A stretch of DNA of 46,395 nucleotides from an uncultured Dechloromonas sp. (GCA_964527745.1 CAZGPO010000001.1:1-46395), one strand, 5' to 3'; shown: positions 16,434 to 26,153, numbered from the stretch's first letter. The notes: generated by a model not told the origin, from the letters alone. Translations and numbers: made by a program.

Positions 16434-17681
16434 GTGCTGATGTTGAGGACTGCGATAAAGACTTCTAGAGCCGAGGCTGACTCCAGCGGATTTTCCTGGG
16501 TTCGCGATCCTGAATTCATTCCTTTGAGCAATGATGGTGGTGTTGCCGAATGTCTGATGCACGAATCAGCGGTCCCGCGTGCAGGGGCACTCAAAGGATT
16601 GTTGATTAATTTCCTCGAGACAATTATCAGAAAAACCAATGCAACCGCAGGTGTTGTGCGGCTACTCTCGCCGGATGGACATACGCTGCAGACTATCAGT
16701 TCTGCGGGGCTGTCCAAGGAGTTGCAGGAAGAGGCAGAGAGCCTGATTGAGCTGGATTGCGAGAACAGTGATATCGCAGCACTCGCCCGGGGGGCCTATG
16801 TCTCGGATCTCAGAAGTTGCGACGTGCGACAGAATTGTCGTTATTCCAGTTGTCGCTTTCAGTCCTTGGTTTCGGCGGCGCTCGAGTCCCCCAATCAACC
16901 GGGCGCTCCGCTTGGGATATTGACCTTGTTCTTTGATGGGCAGCGCGAAGTGGCTAACCATGCGCTAAAAACCGTTACTGCATTCGCCGATATGATGGGC
17001 GCAGTTATCGAGTACACCCGCATCAATCGGGCGGATCACCGTACAGAGCTCTTGGCTGAGCGCCGGGTGATCGCCAACGATATCCACGATTCGCTGGCCC
17101 AGACGCTGACCTTCGCCCGAATGCGAATCAGTTTGTTGCTGGAAGCAATCCGCACGGGCAACGATTCGATGGCCACGAAATATGCAGGAGATATTGACGA
17201 GGCGCTGGAGATCAGCCAGAAAAGTGCCCGCCAGCTGATTGCCGATTTTCGTTCCGGGTTGAATCCCGGGGGGGTGTTGGCTTCACTTGATGAACTTGTT
17301 GCGCGGTTTCGTGAGCGTAATAGCATCGTCCTTGAATACCATAATCGCCTCGTTGATCTGGCGCTGCCGATCGAACATGAGATACAGGTGTTTAGCATCG
17401 TACGTGAGGCGCTGAACAATATTGACCGTCATTCCGGTGCGACACATGCGCGCCTCTTTGTCGATGCCAATTTTGGACACTATGTTTTTACCGTGGAAGA
17501 CAATGGGGTAGGTGCGCATACATTTGCGCCGGTGGAGGGCCATTTCGGCATGATGATCATGCGCGAGCGCGCACAACGCATTGGTGGCAAGATAACTGTA
17601 GAAAGCGCGATAGGGCTCGGAACGAAAGTGCAATTATCCTTTCCGGAACCTTCATCTGACTGGAGATCTGCGAGTGAGTGA
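16434..17681 (+). CDS. Soluble GAF-HisKA_3-HATPase histidine kinase (NarX/NreB-like)
   Basis: H-box ERRVIANDIHDSLAQ, N-box REALNNIDRHSGA, G-boxes EDNGVG and HFGMMIMRERA. No transmembrane helix is evident. Start uncertain (16434, 16440 or 16558). Confidence 0.88.
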   Translation: MLMLRTAIKTSRAEADSSGFSWVRDPEFIPLSNDGGVAECLMHESAVPRAGALKGLLINFLETIIRKTNATAGVVRLLSPDGHTLQTISSAGLSKELQEEAESLIELDCENSDIAALARGAYVSDLRSCDVRQNCRYSSCRFQSLVSAALESPNQPGAPLGILTLFFDGQREVANHALKTVTAFADMMGAVIEYTRINRADHRTELLAERRVIANDIHDSLAQTLTFARMRISLLLEAIRTGNDSMATKYAGDIDEALEISQKSARQLIADFRSGLNPGGVLASLDELVARFRERNSIVLEYHNRLVDLALPIEHEIQVFSIVREALNNIDRHSGATHARLFVDANFGHYVFTVEDNGVGAHTFAPVEGHFGMMIMRERAQRIGGKITVESAIGLGTKVQLSFPEPSSDWRSASE

Positions 17682-18348
17682 CAAGCTGAGGGTGGTTCTG
17701 GTCGATGACCAGTGCCTGTGTCGACGAGGGTTGAGTGAACTGCTGGCCAACTCTTATGACTTTGATGTAATCGGTGCAACCGGCAACATCGATGAGTTGC
17801 GGACCATGTGCCTGGAACAGCCCGATCTGTTGATCGTTGATCTGCGCATGAAGCCAATGGATGGTATTTCCCTCGTTACGCAACTGCGTAGCGAAGAGTG
17901 TCACATTCCTGTGGTCATGTTGACGATGAGTGATTCCGAAACCGACCTGGCAAACGCCATTCGTGCCGGAGTGCGTGGATATCTGCTCAAGGACATGTCG
18001 CCGGAAGATGTCGTCGACTCGATTCGTCGGGTGGCTGCGGGTGAACTGGTCGTCGCTCCGGCCATGACCGTAAAGATGATCGACCTGCTACGTGGCGATC
18101 AATCCGACCAGGAGCCCAGAAATTCGCTCAAGTTGCTGACCGAACGGGAGCGTGAAATTATTCAGTTGCTGGCACGCGGCGACAGCAACAAGGCAATCGC
18201 CCAGAATCTGTCGATTAGTTACGATACCGTGAAGCAGCATGTACGACACATCCTTACCAAGCTCAACTTGTCATCACGGGTCAAGGCAGCTGTCTTATTT
18301 GCCAAGGAAGGTGGGGCGACCAATGATGATCTGCCGACGCGTTCCTGA
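17674..18348 (+). CDS. NarL/LuxR-family response regulator
   Basis: VVLVDD, phospho-Asp in VDLRMKPMDG, GYLLK and HTH LTEREREII...SNKAIAQNLSISYDTVKQHVRHILTKL. Overlaps the kinase stop. Confidence 0.93.
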   Translation: MSDKLRVVLVDDQCLCRRGLSELLANSYDFDVIGATGNIDELRTMCLEQPDLLIVDLRMKPMDGISLVTQLRSEECHIPVVMLTMSDSETDLANAIRAGVRGYLLKDMSPEDVVDSIRRVAAGELVVAPAMTVKMIDLLRGDQSDQEPRNSLKLLTEREREIIQLLARGDSNKAIAQNLSISYDTVKQHVRHILTKLNLSSRVKAAVLFAKEGGATNDDLPTRS

Positions 18349-18427
18349 TGTTCGCGTTTAATCGCCCTACATAAGACAGGCCGCTGTCGACGGTACTTTT
18401 TCTGTGCCTACCCTACTGATATGTTCG

Positions 18428-18457
18428 TTGACACTCGTGGGAGCGATTGTGTTAAAT
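18428..18457 (+). promoter_or_regulatory. Candidate sigma70 promoter of sqr
   Basis: Perfect TTGACA at 18428-18433, an 18-nt spacer, then TTAAAT. Strong AGGAGG SD before the ATG at 18543. Confidence 0.45.
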
Positions 18458-18542
18458 GACCATACTCGTTGAAGCGCGCAGGGTGGAACGGTGGTTTGCC
18501 CCTACGAGATGATGTTATCCAATAAACTGAAGAGGAGGAATC

Positions 18543-19814
18543 ATGGCACACATCGTAATCATGGGGGCAGGGATCGGCGGAATGCCGGCTGCTTATGAAA
18601 TGCGGGATATGCTGGACAAGAAGCACAAGGTAACCGTCGTCTCGGATAGCGAAAACTTCCAATTTACCCCTTCAAATCCCTGGGTCGCCGTTAAATGGCG
18701 CGAACGTTCGCAGGTCGAGTTACCGGTTCGTACCTATCTGGAGCGTAAGGGTATTGACTTCATTTCCACAGGAGTCAAACGCGTACATCCCGACCAGAAC
18801 CAGCTTGAACTTAATGACGGCAAGACGGTTGTCTACGATTATCTGGTAATTGCCACTGGCCCGAAACTCGCATTCGACGAAATTGAAGGGCTGGGTCCCC
18901 ACGGCGGTCATACACATTCCGTTTGCAACGTCGACCATGCGATGAAGTCACATGGCGAGTGGGATCAGTTCTGTGCCAATCCCGGTCCTATCATCGTCGG
19001 AGCGGTTCAGGGCGCCTCATGTTACGGCCCGGCATATGAGTACGCCTTCATCATGGAAACCGACTTGCGCAAGCGCAAGATTCGCAGCAAGGTGCCGATG
19101 ACCTTTGTTACTTCTGAACCTTACATTGGCCACCTTGGTTTGGGTGGTGTCGGAGACTCCAAAGGAATTCTCGAATCCGGGATGCGCGACAAGCATATCA
19201 AGTGGATCTGCAATGCCAAGGTCACCAAGGTTGAAGCCGGAAAGATGTATGTCACCGAGCACGACGACATGGGAGTCGAGAAGAAGAAACATGAACTCCC
19301 GTTTAGTTACAGTATGATGTTGCCGGCATTCAAGGGTGTTGATGCGGTATTTGGCATCGAAGGACTGACCAATCCGCGCGGCTTCATCACTGTTGATAAA
19401 CACCAGCGTAACCAGAAGTACAAAAACATCTTTTCAGTTGGCGTTTGTGTCGCGATTCCGCCGGTCGAGCCGACCCCGATTCCGGTTGGTACTCCAAAGA
19501 CCGGTTATATGATCGAATCCATGGTGACCGCTACGGTACACAACATTCATGCTGATCTTACGGGTGTTCCTGCAACTCGCGAGGCAACCTGGAATGCTGT
19601 TTGTCTGGCTGACTTTGGCGATGGTGGGGTGGCTTTCGTTGCCATACCGCAGATTCCGCCACGCAATGTTAACTGGTTTGCCCAGGGCAAGTGGGTCCAT
19701 CTGGCAAAAATTGGGTTCGAAAAATACTTCATTCGCAAGATGAAGAAAGGGACTTCCGAACCTTTCTATGAAGGTACTGTGATGAAGATGATGGGACTTG
19801 ATAAGTTGAAGTAA
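18543..19814 (+). CDS. sqr: Sulfide:quinone oxidoreductase (type I/SqrA-like)
   Basis: GAGIGG FAD motif, FTPSNPW, the three conserved Cys in SVC, SCYGPAYE and AVCLADFGD, PKTGYMIE, and the C-terminal WVHLAKIGFEKYF helix. Confidence 0.95.
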   Translation: MAHIVIMGAGIGGMPAAYEMRDMLDKKHKVTVVSDSENFQFTPSNPWVAVKWRERSQVELPVRTYLERKGIDFISTGVKRVHPDQNQLELNDGKTVVYDYLVIATGPKLAFDEIEGLGPHGGHTHSVCNVDHAMKSHGEWDQFCANPGPIIVGAVQGASCYGPAYEYAFIMETDLRKRKIRSKVPMTFVTSEPYIGHLGLGGVGDSKGILESGMRDKHIKWICNAKVTKVEAGKMYVTEHDDMGVEKKKHELPFSYSMMLPAFKGVDAVFGIEGLTNPRGFITVDKHQRNQKYKNIFSVGVCVAIPPVEPTPIPVGTPKTGYMIESMVTATVHNIHADLTGVPATREATWNAVCLADFGDGGVAFVAIPQIPPRNVNWFAQGKWVHLAKIGFEKYFIRKMKKGTSEPFYEGTVMKMMGLDKLK

Positions 19815-19845
19815 GACAACTCAAGACTTTTCATGAAAGATGCTT

Positions 19846-19918
19846 AAAGAGCTCTGGCGAGGAAATCCACGCCAGGGCTCTTTGTTTGCCAAAGCGTGAT
19901 TGGCAAGTGCCGATCACG
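19846..19918. terminator. Bidirectional terminator hairpins between convergent sqr and hynL
   Basis: AAAGAGCTCTGGCG (19846-19859) / CGCCAGGGCTCTTT (19870-19883). A second stem, CGTGATTGGCA / TGCCGATCACG, spans 19895-19918. Confidence 0.7.
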
Positions 19919-19943
19919 AACTTCAAATGGCGCGCTCGAAACC

Positions 19944-21725
19944 CTAATTAACCTTGACTTGTACCAGTTCCTCGCCTTCGGGGTCGGTAACGTGAATTGC
20001 ACAGGCAATGCACGGGTCGAAAGAGTGAATGGTCCGCAAAATCTCGATTGGTTGTTTGGGGTCATTCAGGACGTGGTTGTCCTGCAACGCCGCTTCATAC
20101 GCCCCGGACTGGCCTTGTGCGTCACGAGGCCCGGCATTCCATGTGCTTGGAACAATGGCCTGATAATTGCTGATCTGCCCGTTGTCCACGACGATCCAGT
20201 GCGATAAGCCCCCGCGTGGCGCTTCCATCAATCCGACGCCATGCATGGATTTCGGCCATGTGGATGGATCCCAGTATTGATCATTAAAGGTCCGGACATC
20301 CCCGGACTTGATGTTGGCCATCAAGCTGTCGAACATGCCCTGCATGGAGTCGGCAAGAATCTTCGATTCCAATGTACGGGCAGCTGTCCGCCCGAGTGTT
20401 GAGTAGAGCGCGGATACGGGCACATCCAGAGTCTTCAGTGTCGAGTCCACCAGTTCCTTGGCTTGGGCGTTTCCACCGGCATACATCATCAACACGCGCG
20501 CCAGAGGTCCGACTTCCATGGCCTTGCCTTTCCAGCGCGGTGATTTGATCCACGAATATTTTTTATCGACATCGAGATGCTCGAATGGCGGCATCGGCCC
20601 GGTGAAATTCAAGTCTGTTTCGCCCTTGAACGGATGCAGGCCTTTGCTGTCACCCTGGCTGTATTTGTACCAGGAGTGTTCGACGAATTCCTGGATTTCG
20701 GTGTCTGCATCTAAATCAATGGGGTGAATGACCGACAAATCACGATTCAGAATGACGCCGCGCGGAATAAGGTAAGAGTCAGTATCCCAGAATCCCTTGC
20801 CGGGCAAATCGCCGAAGGTCATGAAGTTGCCGAGGCCTTCGCCCCTTGCTCCCCAATCCTTGTAGAAGCCGGCGATAGCCAGCGTATCGGGAACATAAAC
20901 GTTATCGACGAAATCACGCATTTGCTTGATTACGTTCTGTACAGTTTGCAGCCCGACAATATTCACTGCCGTGGCGTCCTGGCTGCCACGGTTCTGGCCT
21001 GCGGCACCTGTAGCATGTACGGAAATTGCCGACGGAACCCCGCCAACCAAAAAGTTGGGATGTGGATTCTTGCCGCCAAAAATGGCATGTAATTTGACGA
21101 CATCGCGTTGCCATGCCAAAGCCTCAAGATAGTGTGCGACAGCCATCAAATTCGCTTCGGGCGGTAGCTTGTATGCTTGGTTCCCCCAATAAGCATTGCC
21201 AAAGATGCCGAGTTGCCCTTGTTCGACGAAGTTCTTAACCCGTTTCTGCACATCGGCGAAATAGCCAGGAGAGGATTTCGGGTGGCTGGAAATGCTCTGC
21301 GCCAATGCCGAAGTGGCTTTGGGGTCCGCCTTGAGTGCGGAAACGACATCTACCCAATCAAAGGCGTGCAGGTGATAGAAGTGCATCACGTGGTCATGCA
21401 CGTACTGCGCTGCAATCATCAAGTTGCGAATCAGTTCAGCATTTTTTGGAATGCTGTAACTAGGGATTGCCCGATGCAATGCGTCCTCGACCGAACGCAC
21501 TGATGCGATGCCATGGACAAGCGTGCAAACACCGCAAATGCGTTGAGCAAAAGCCCAAGCATCGCGCGGGTCGCGGCCGCGCAGAATGATTTCGATACCG
21601 CGTACCATGGTGCCGGCTGAATAGGCTTTGGTGATCTTGCCGCTGGCATCCGTCTCAGCCTCGATGCGCAAATGGCCTTCGATGCGGGTGACCGGGTCAA
21701 CGACGATTCGCTGTGAAGTACTCAT
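19944..21725 (-). CDS. hynL: [NiFe]-hydrogenase large subunit, group 1e (Isp-type)
   Basis: VDPVTRIEGH, L1 QRICGVCT, L2 SFDPCIACAIH followed by a 15-aa cleavable tail. Gene order is hynS-isp1-isp2-(orf)-hynL. Confidence 0.95.
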   Translation of the reverse strand: MSTSQRIVVDPVTRIEGHLRIEAETDASGKITKAYSAGTMVRGIEIILRGRDPRDAWAFAQRICGVCTLVHGIASVRSVEDALHRAIPSYSIPKNAELIRNLMIAAQYVHDHVMHFYHLHAFDWVDVVSALKADPKATSALAQSISSHPKSSPGYFADVQKRVKNFVEQGQLGIFGNAYWGNQAYKLPPEANLMAVAHYLEALAWQRDVVKLHAIFGGKNPHPNFLVGGVPSAISVHATGAAGQNRGSQDATAVNIVGLQTVQNVIKQMRDFVDNVYVPDTLAIAGFYKDWGARGEGLGNFMTFGDLPGKGFWDTDSYLIPRGVILNRDLSVIHPIDLDADTEIQEFVEHSWYKYSQGDSKGLHPFKGETDLNFTGPMPPFEHLDVDKKYSWIKSPRWKGKAMEVGPLARVLMMYAGGNAQAKELVDSTLKTLDVPVSALYSTLGRTAARTLESKILADSMQGMFDSLMANIKSGDVRTFNDQYWDPSTWPKSMHGVGLMEAPRGGLSHWIVVDNGQISNYQAIVPSTWNAGPRDAQGQSGAYEAALQDNHVLNDPKQPIEILRTIHSFDPCIACAIHVTDPEGEELVQVKVN

Positions 21726-22180
21726 GGCCTTTTTCCTTGCTTGCTCAAGAAGTCATCGAGAATGGCGTATTGCGCCTCGGCTTCTTTATGGTCTTTGACA
21801 TCGCCTGATGCAGCTTCGCAAGTGCGTGCCACACGTACCTGCATGGCAGCTTCCCAAGCCAGGTTCTTCCCCTCGGCGATCGGGTTGATGCAACTGACTG
21901 CCGCCTTGGCGACGAAGAGTCCCGCCTGTGTATTCCAGTCGGTGTCTTTGCCGCACTGGGCGTAACTTTCCACCTTGGCGGCATTGGCGGCCTGTGAGAC
22001 GACAGCCAGCTCGGCGTCGGAAATTTCGGGGCGCATCGCTACGTCCAATGCCGCCCTGATCCGAACATCATTGGACAATCCAAACACACGCTGCACAAAA
22101 AGTGCGGCTACCTGGCGCTGCTGGCTGGCACTGAGCGATTCCAGCTTCTCCCTGAATTCCTTGTCGTTTGTGATGGCCAT
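21722..22180 (-). CDS. Hypothetical Ala-rich helical protein inside the hydrogenase operon
   Basis: 152-aa ORF that starts 4 nt after the isp2 stop and overlaps hynL by ATGA. Confidence 0.8.
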   Translation of the reverse strand: MAITNDKEFREKLESLSASQQRQVAALFVQRVFGLSNDVRIRAALDVAMRPEISDAELAVVSQAANAAKVESYAQCGKDTDWNTQAGLFVAKAAVSCINPIAEGKNLAWEAAMQVRVARTCEAASGDVKDHKEAEAQYAILDDFLSKQGKRP

Positions 22181-22184
22181 GACA

Positions 22185-23468
22185 TCAATTCCCTTCTGGC
22201 TTTGTAACTACGGGGTTAGGAAGGTGGTCGGCGATCATCTCGGTCAAACCAACGACCGGGAGATTCATCTTGTAGTGTTCGAGGCCCTCTTCCATGACGA
22301 TCCGGCAGTTGGCGCAAGCAGTTACGACGCGATCCGGTTTTACGGTATCGAATTGCGACTTTTTCTTCTTGAATGCTTCCATGCGCAATTCTTCGCCTTC
22401 CTCGATGGCGGATGCGCCGCCACCGCCACCGCAACACCAGTTCATGAAACCGGCATCCGGCATTTCGACGAAATTCTTGGCGACCATGTTCATCAGGTTG
22501 CGCTGCTGCTTGATGACGCCGCCGCGGCGAGCCAGTTGGCATGGGTCGTGGAAGGTCAGCCGGTCGGTCTCGAAGCCCTCGGTCTTGAGTAGACCCTGCT
22601 CCTGGAATTCTCCAAGAACCTCGATGATGTGCCTCACCTTGAAGCCGAAGGGGCGGCCCATCAGATTGGCGCCTTCCCAGCGCAATGCAGTGTAGGCATG
22701 ACCGCACTCAGGGCTGATGACCGTCTTGACCTTAAGTTTTTCGGCGCCTTCGACGATGCGTGAAACGATGACGCGGGCCAGATCGGAATTGCCAATCTGC
22801 ATGCCGGCATTGGTTGCTTCGAACGCTGTCGAGCATAGCGTCCAGGTTTTTCCTGCCTGGTGCATGATCTTGGCGATGGCGCCGAGATATTCGGGGAAAT
22901 TCATGATTTCCATCGACGAAAGCATCACCAGATACTCCGCCCCTTCTGCATCCATCGGAATCGGCAATCCGAAATCTTCTTCGACATGTCGCATCTGCGC
23001 CTTTACGGCAGGCAACTTGACGCCCATCGGGCTGCCGATCTTGATTGTTCGATTGGCTGCCCCCTTGATGCCCTCGGGCGCATTGCCCGAAGCCGACATG
23101 CCTTCGCGGAATTTGCGAATCATGTAAACGATGTCGTTGCCGACAGGACAAACCACTGAACATCGCCCGCACAAAGTGCAACTGTTGTAAACCAGCTCCT
23201 GCCATTCGGCCAACTCGGCATCGGTCACTGCCTTCGAAAGTCCGACTAGTTTCTTCAGACGGCCGAGTGCCGTGTATTCCTGTTCATAAAGCCGACGCAT
23301 CGGTTCGAGCTTGTGGATTGGCGTGTATTTTGGATCGCCGGTTTCCGTATAAAACAGACAGGCCTCTGCACATAACCCGCAATGGACGCAGCTGTTGAAA
23401 TAACTGGCGATCGGGGCATCGATAACTTCCTTGAGGACCCGGACTCCTTTTTCAAGTGAGGCGCTCAT
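22185..23468 (-). CDS. isp2: Isp2 (HdrD/DsrK-like FeS, CCG-domain protein)
   Basis: CVHCGLCAEAC, CTLCGRCSVVCP, PECGH and HDPCQ...WCCGGGGG...ACANC. Confidence 0.9.
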   Translation of the reverse strand: MSASLEKGVRVLKEVIDAPIASYFNSCVHCGLCAEACLFYTETGDPKYTPIHKLEPMRRLYEQEYTALGRLKKLVGLSKAVTDAELAEWQELVYNSCTLCGRCSVVCPVGNDIVYMIRKFREGMSASGNAPEGIKGAANRTIKIGSPMGVKLPAVKAQMRHVEEDFGLPIPMDAEGAEYLVMLSSMEIMNFPEYLGAIAKIMHQAGKTWTLCSTAFEATNAGMQIGNSDLARVIVSRIVEGAEKLKVKTVISPECGHAYTALRWEGANLMGRPFGFKVRHIIEVLGEFQEQGLLKTEGFETDRLTFHDPCQLARRGGVIKQQRNLMNMVAKNFVEMPDAGFMNWCCGGGGGASAIEEGEELRMEAFKKKKSQFDTVKPDRVVTACANCRIVMEEGLEHYKMNLPVVGLTEMIADHLPNPVVTKPEGN

Positions 23469-24124
23469 ACCGCAACTCCTTTGTGACCGTTGACCGCACC
23501 GCTGTACCAGCGCGACCCGAATACGGTGAAGGCATGGAACAGTTTGGTAAATGGCAGGAATATCAGCAACAACTCCACTGTCAGGATATGCAATGCCAGC
23601 ATGGTGGTATAGGGCAGCAACAAATGCTGCACTGCCATCCAGCCAGTAAGTACGGGCAAGAATGTCAGCGCCCAGGTAAACCAGTCCTGAAATGTACTGA
23701 GGTAGCGCTTGACCGGCTTGGTGATACGATCAAACAACAAGACCAACATGGCGATAATGGTCAATACGGCAACGAAGTCTATGAGCTGTGATGGAAATCC
23801 AGGCCACGAAACGCCAAGCAGGCTCTGAAAGAACTTGATGTGCGGGGCAAAAAAGAAAACGATGATGGCCAAGCCGACGTGGAAGACGTAACCGGCAACA
23901 TAGGTCACTGGTGAATTCTTTAACATGCCGGCGGGCGGAATCGAGCGTCGGAAGACGGTACTCATTCCGGAAGCGCCGGCTACGCTTCGTGGTTCTGCCA
24001 AGTCCTTCTTGCGCCCCAGGCTATATATTTCGAAGAGTCGCCAAAGAACGCCCATCAGGAAGATGCCGATTGCCAGATCAAGGCCTGGTCCGCGTACCCA
24101 AGTCAGAAACTGTAATTCACTCAT
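23465..24124 (-). CDS. isp1: Isp1 (NarI/DsrM-like diheme b membrane subunit)
   Basis: About five TM helices with His in YVFHVG, FAPHI, LALHIL and KLFHAF. SD spacing favours the ATG at 24124 over 24130. Confidence 0.9.
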   Translation of the reverse strand: MSELQFLTWVRGPGLDLAIGIFLMGVLWRLFEIYSLGRKKDLAEPRSVAGASGMSTVFRRSIPPAGMLKNSPVTYVAGYVFHVGLAIIVFFFAPHIKFFQSLLGVSWPGFPSQLIDFVAVLTIIAMLVLLFDRITKPVKRYLSTFQDWFTWALTFLPVLTGWMAVQHLLLPYTTMLALHILTVELLLIFLPFTKLFHAFTVFGSRWYSGAVNGHKGVAV

Positions 24125-24126
24125 GA

Positions 24127-25215
24127 TCATTTCTCCAGATCAGGCAAGGTGGTTGTCTCGTGAGCAGCCTTGGCAGCCCCCTTCTTCGCCCGGTTGGCAA
24201 GGCTGACGGCGACACCGACGGCAGCTCCGACTGCTGCCACACCGGAGGCAACCTTGAGCGGGTTGGCGGGCATGGAGAGAGCCTTGTAGAAACTGCCGGC
24301 ATCCCAGAAATCAGGTTCCGAACAACCCAGGCAGCCATGCCCGGATTCGACTGGCCATGATGTTCCGCCATTCCATTTTGTGGTGGCACATGCGTTGTAG
24401 GTGACCGGCCCCTTGCATCCCAGTTCGAACAGGCACCAGCCATTGCGTGCGCCCTCATCGTCGAAGGTTTTGGCAAACTTGCCCTGGTCGTAGAAGGCGC
24501 GACGGTAGCAGCGGTCGTGAATAGTCTCGCCGTAAAAAGCTTTTGGACGTCCCAGCTTGTCTAGTTCGGGCAGGCTGCCGAAAGTCAGGAAATGGGCCAT
24601 TACGCCGGTCATGACCACCGGAATGGGCGGGCAGCCTGGAATATTGACAATGGGTTTGTCCTTGATGATGTCGGACACGGACGCTGCGCTGGTCGGATTC
24701 GGGTTGGCCTTGGGGATGCCACCGTAGGAAGCGCAGGAGCCGACGGCAACGATCGCGGCAGCCCCTTTGGCGACTTCCTTGAGCGTATCGAGATTCGACC
24801 GGCCGGCCACGGTGGAGTAGGCGCCATTCAAACCCTGAGCAATCGATCCCTCGACAATCAGCAAATACTTGCCCTCATTGTCCTTCATCGCCTTGTGCAA
24901 GGCTTCCTCGGCCTGGTGCCCCGCAGCAGCCATCAAGGTTTCCTGATAGTCGAGGGAGATCAGGTCGAAAATCAGGCCTTCAATGGTCGGCGAGTGCGAA
25001 CGCGTGATCGACTCGGTGCAGCCGGTGCACTCCTGGAAGTGCAGCCAGATGACCGATGGTCTGCGAGCCGTCGCCAGCGCTTCCGCCATCGCTACTCCGG
25101 ACGCTGCTGGCAAAGCCATCAGCGAAGCCAGTGTGGTGCAGAATTTCATGAATGTCCGACGAGAGACGCCGTGCTCTGCCAGCCCGGCTAACAGTACACC
25201 TTCTTTATCTCGCAT
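24127..25215 (-). CDS. hynS: [NiFe]-hydrogenase small subunit with Tat signal and C-terminal anchor
   Basis: SRRTFMK twin-Arg, QECTGCTES, GSCASYGG, PGCPP, HDRCYRR, CLFELGCKGP and GHGCLGC. Start revised to the ATG at 25215. Confidence 0.95.
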   Translation of the reverse strand: MRDKEGVLLAGLAEHGVSRRTFMKFCTTLASLMALPAASGVAMAEALATARRPSVIWLHFQECTGCTESITRSHSPTIEGLIFDLISLDYQETLMAAAGHQAEEALHKAMKDNEGKYLLIVEGSIAQGLNGAYSTVAGRSNLDTLKEVAKGAAAIVAVGSCASYGGIPKANPNPTSAASVSDIIKDKPIVNIPGCPPIPVVMTGVMAHFLTFGSLPELDKLGRPKAFYGETIHDRCYRRAFYDQGKFAKTFDDEGARNGWCLFELGCKGPVTYNACATTKWNGGTSWPVESGHGCLGCSEPDFWDAGSFYKALSMPANPLKVASGVAAVGAAVGVAVSLANRAKKGAAKAAHETTTLPDLEK

Positions 25216-25276
25216 GGTGCCAGTACCCCCTTTTCCTAACTTTACGCTGGTGCCAACAACTCGACTGAATGCAACT

Positions 25277-25687
25277 TCAATGATTGTCATTGGCCAAAAA
25301 TCCAAGATTTACGGCCGCCCGCCGTATGTCGTCGATGTGTGACGAAACCAGTTCGGGCACGCGGGTCACTTCAATGAACTCGCCGGTAAGAACGCCTTTG
25401 TCGTTATGGTGAACAAGCCACCACACACCGTGAAAGGCGGTTTCGCGTATTTTGCTCGGGCCACCGATATCGAGAGACATCTCGATTTCGCCCTGTCCAA
25501 GTTTTTCGGTCAGCCATGCCTTGTCGGCGCTGCTCATTGGCAAGCCGCCGAGGTCGACGATGCCGGACTCACCTCGTTCGGCGAGTGCAGCAAGCATGGC
25601 CGCCACCTCGTTCAATACGGCGCTCGCATTGCCTGTCAGCTGCTCGCCGCCTGAACTTGCAACGACGGAGATGTCTTCAAGTCCCAT
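25277..25687 (-). CDS. hupH: HupH/HoxQ-type hydrogenase expression/formation protein (C-terminal-domain type)
   Basis: VDLGGLPMS...LGQGEI...ETAFHGVW...IEVTRVPE. Confidence 0.8.
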   Translation of the reverse strand: MGLEDISVVASSGGEQLTGNASAVLNEVAAMLAALAERGESGIVDLGGLPMSSADKAWLTEKLGQGEIEMSLDIGGPSKIRETAFHGVWWLVHHNDKGVLTGEFIEVTRVPELVSSHIDDIRRAAVNLGFLANDNH

Positions 25688-26153
25688 TTTGCCAGCTATC
25701 GAGCAGTGAATTGACCTCCGCGCAGGCCTGCGGAATCGAGGCTGCCACGGCGGCTGTGGGATATTCGCCCCAGTCGAGTTTCTGTGGCTGGATCGCGACC
25801 ATCGCCCGCCGTTCCGGCCAATGTCCGGCCAGAATGGCGATCGCTCTCAGGTCGGTCAGGCCGACTTCGTGTACGCTCGATTTTCTGTTTGTGTTCAGAA
25901 AGTGATCCATTTCGTACCCAGCAAAAACCTTGATCGTTCCGGGCGCGGCTTTCAACTGTGCGGCATCGACCACGACCAGTGCATCAGCAGACTGTATGGG
26001 AACGGCCAGGGTAAATGACAAGGTACCGCCGTCCACATATTCGACCCCGTCGCGCGGATGGTTCTCCGGACTTAACAAGGCTTGTACAACGTGGATGCCG
26101 ACTCCCTCATCGGAGAGCAAAGTATTGCCTATCCCCAAGACCAGAATGCTCAT
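25677..26153 (-). CDS. hupD: Hydrogenase maturation endopeptidase (HyaD/HupD)
   Basis: LVLGIGNTLLSDEGVG, DGGT, VVDAA and SVHEVGL. Confidence 0.92.
   Translation of the reverse strand: MSILVLGIGNTLLSDEGVGIHVVQALLSPENHPRDGVEYVDGGTLSFTLAVPIQSADALVVVDAAQLKAAPGTIKVFAGYEMDHFLNTNRKSSVHEVGLTDLRAIAILAGHWPERRAMVAIQPQKLDWGEYPTAAVAASIPQACAEVNSLLDSWQNGT

Noticed and set aside
18484-18499. Sigma54-like TGGAACG...TTGC upstream of sqr
   Set aside because: The GG-to-GC spacing is 11 nt rather than the required 10.
24127-25215. O2-tolerant [4Fe-3S] hydrogenase
   Set aside because: The supernumerary cysteines are absent (CTGC and CASYGG).
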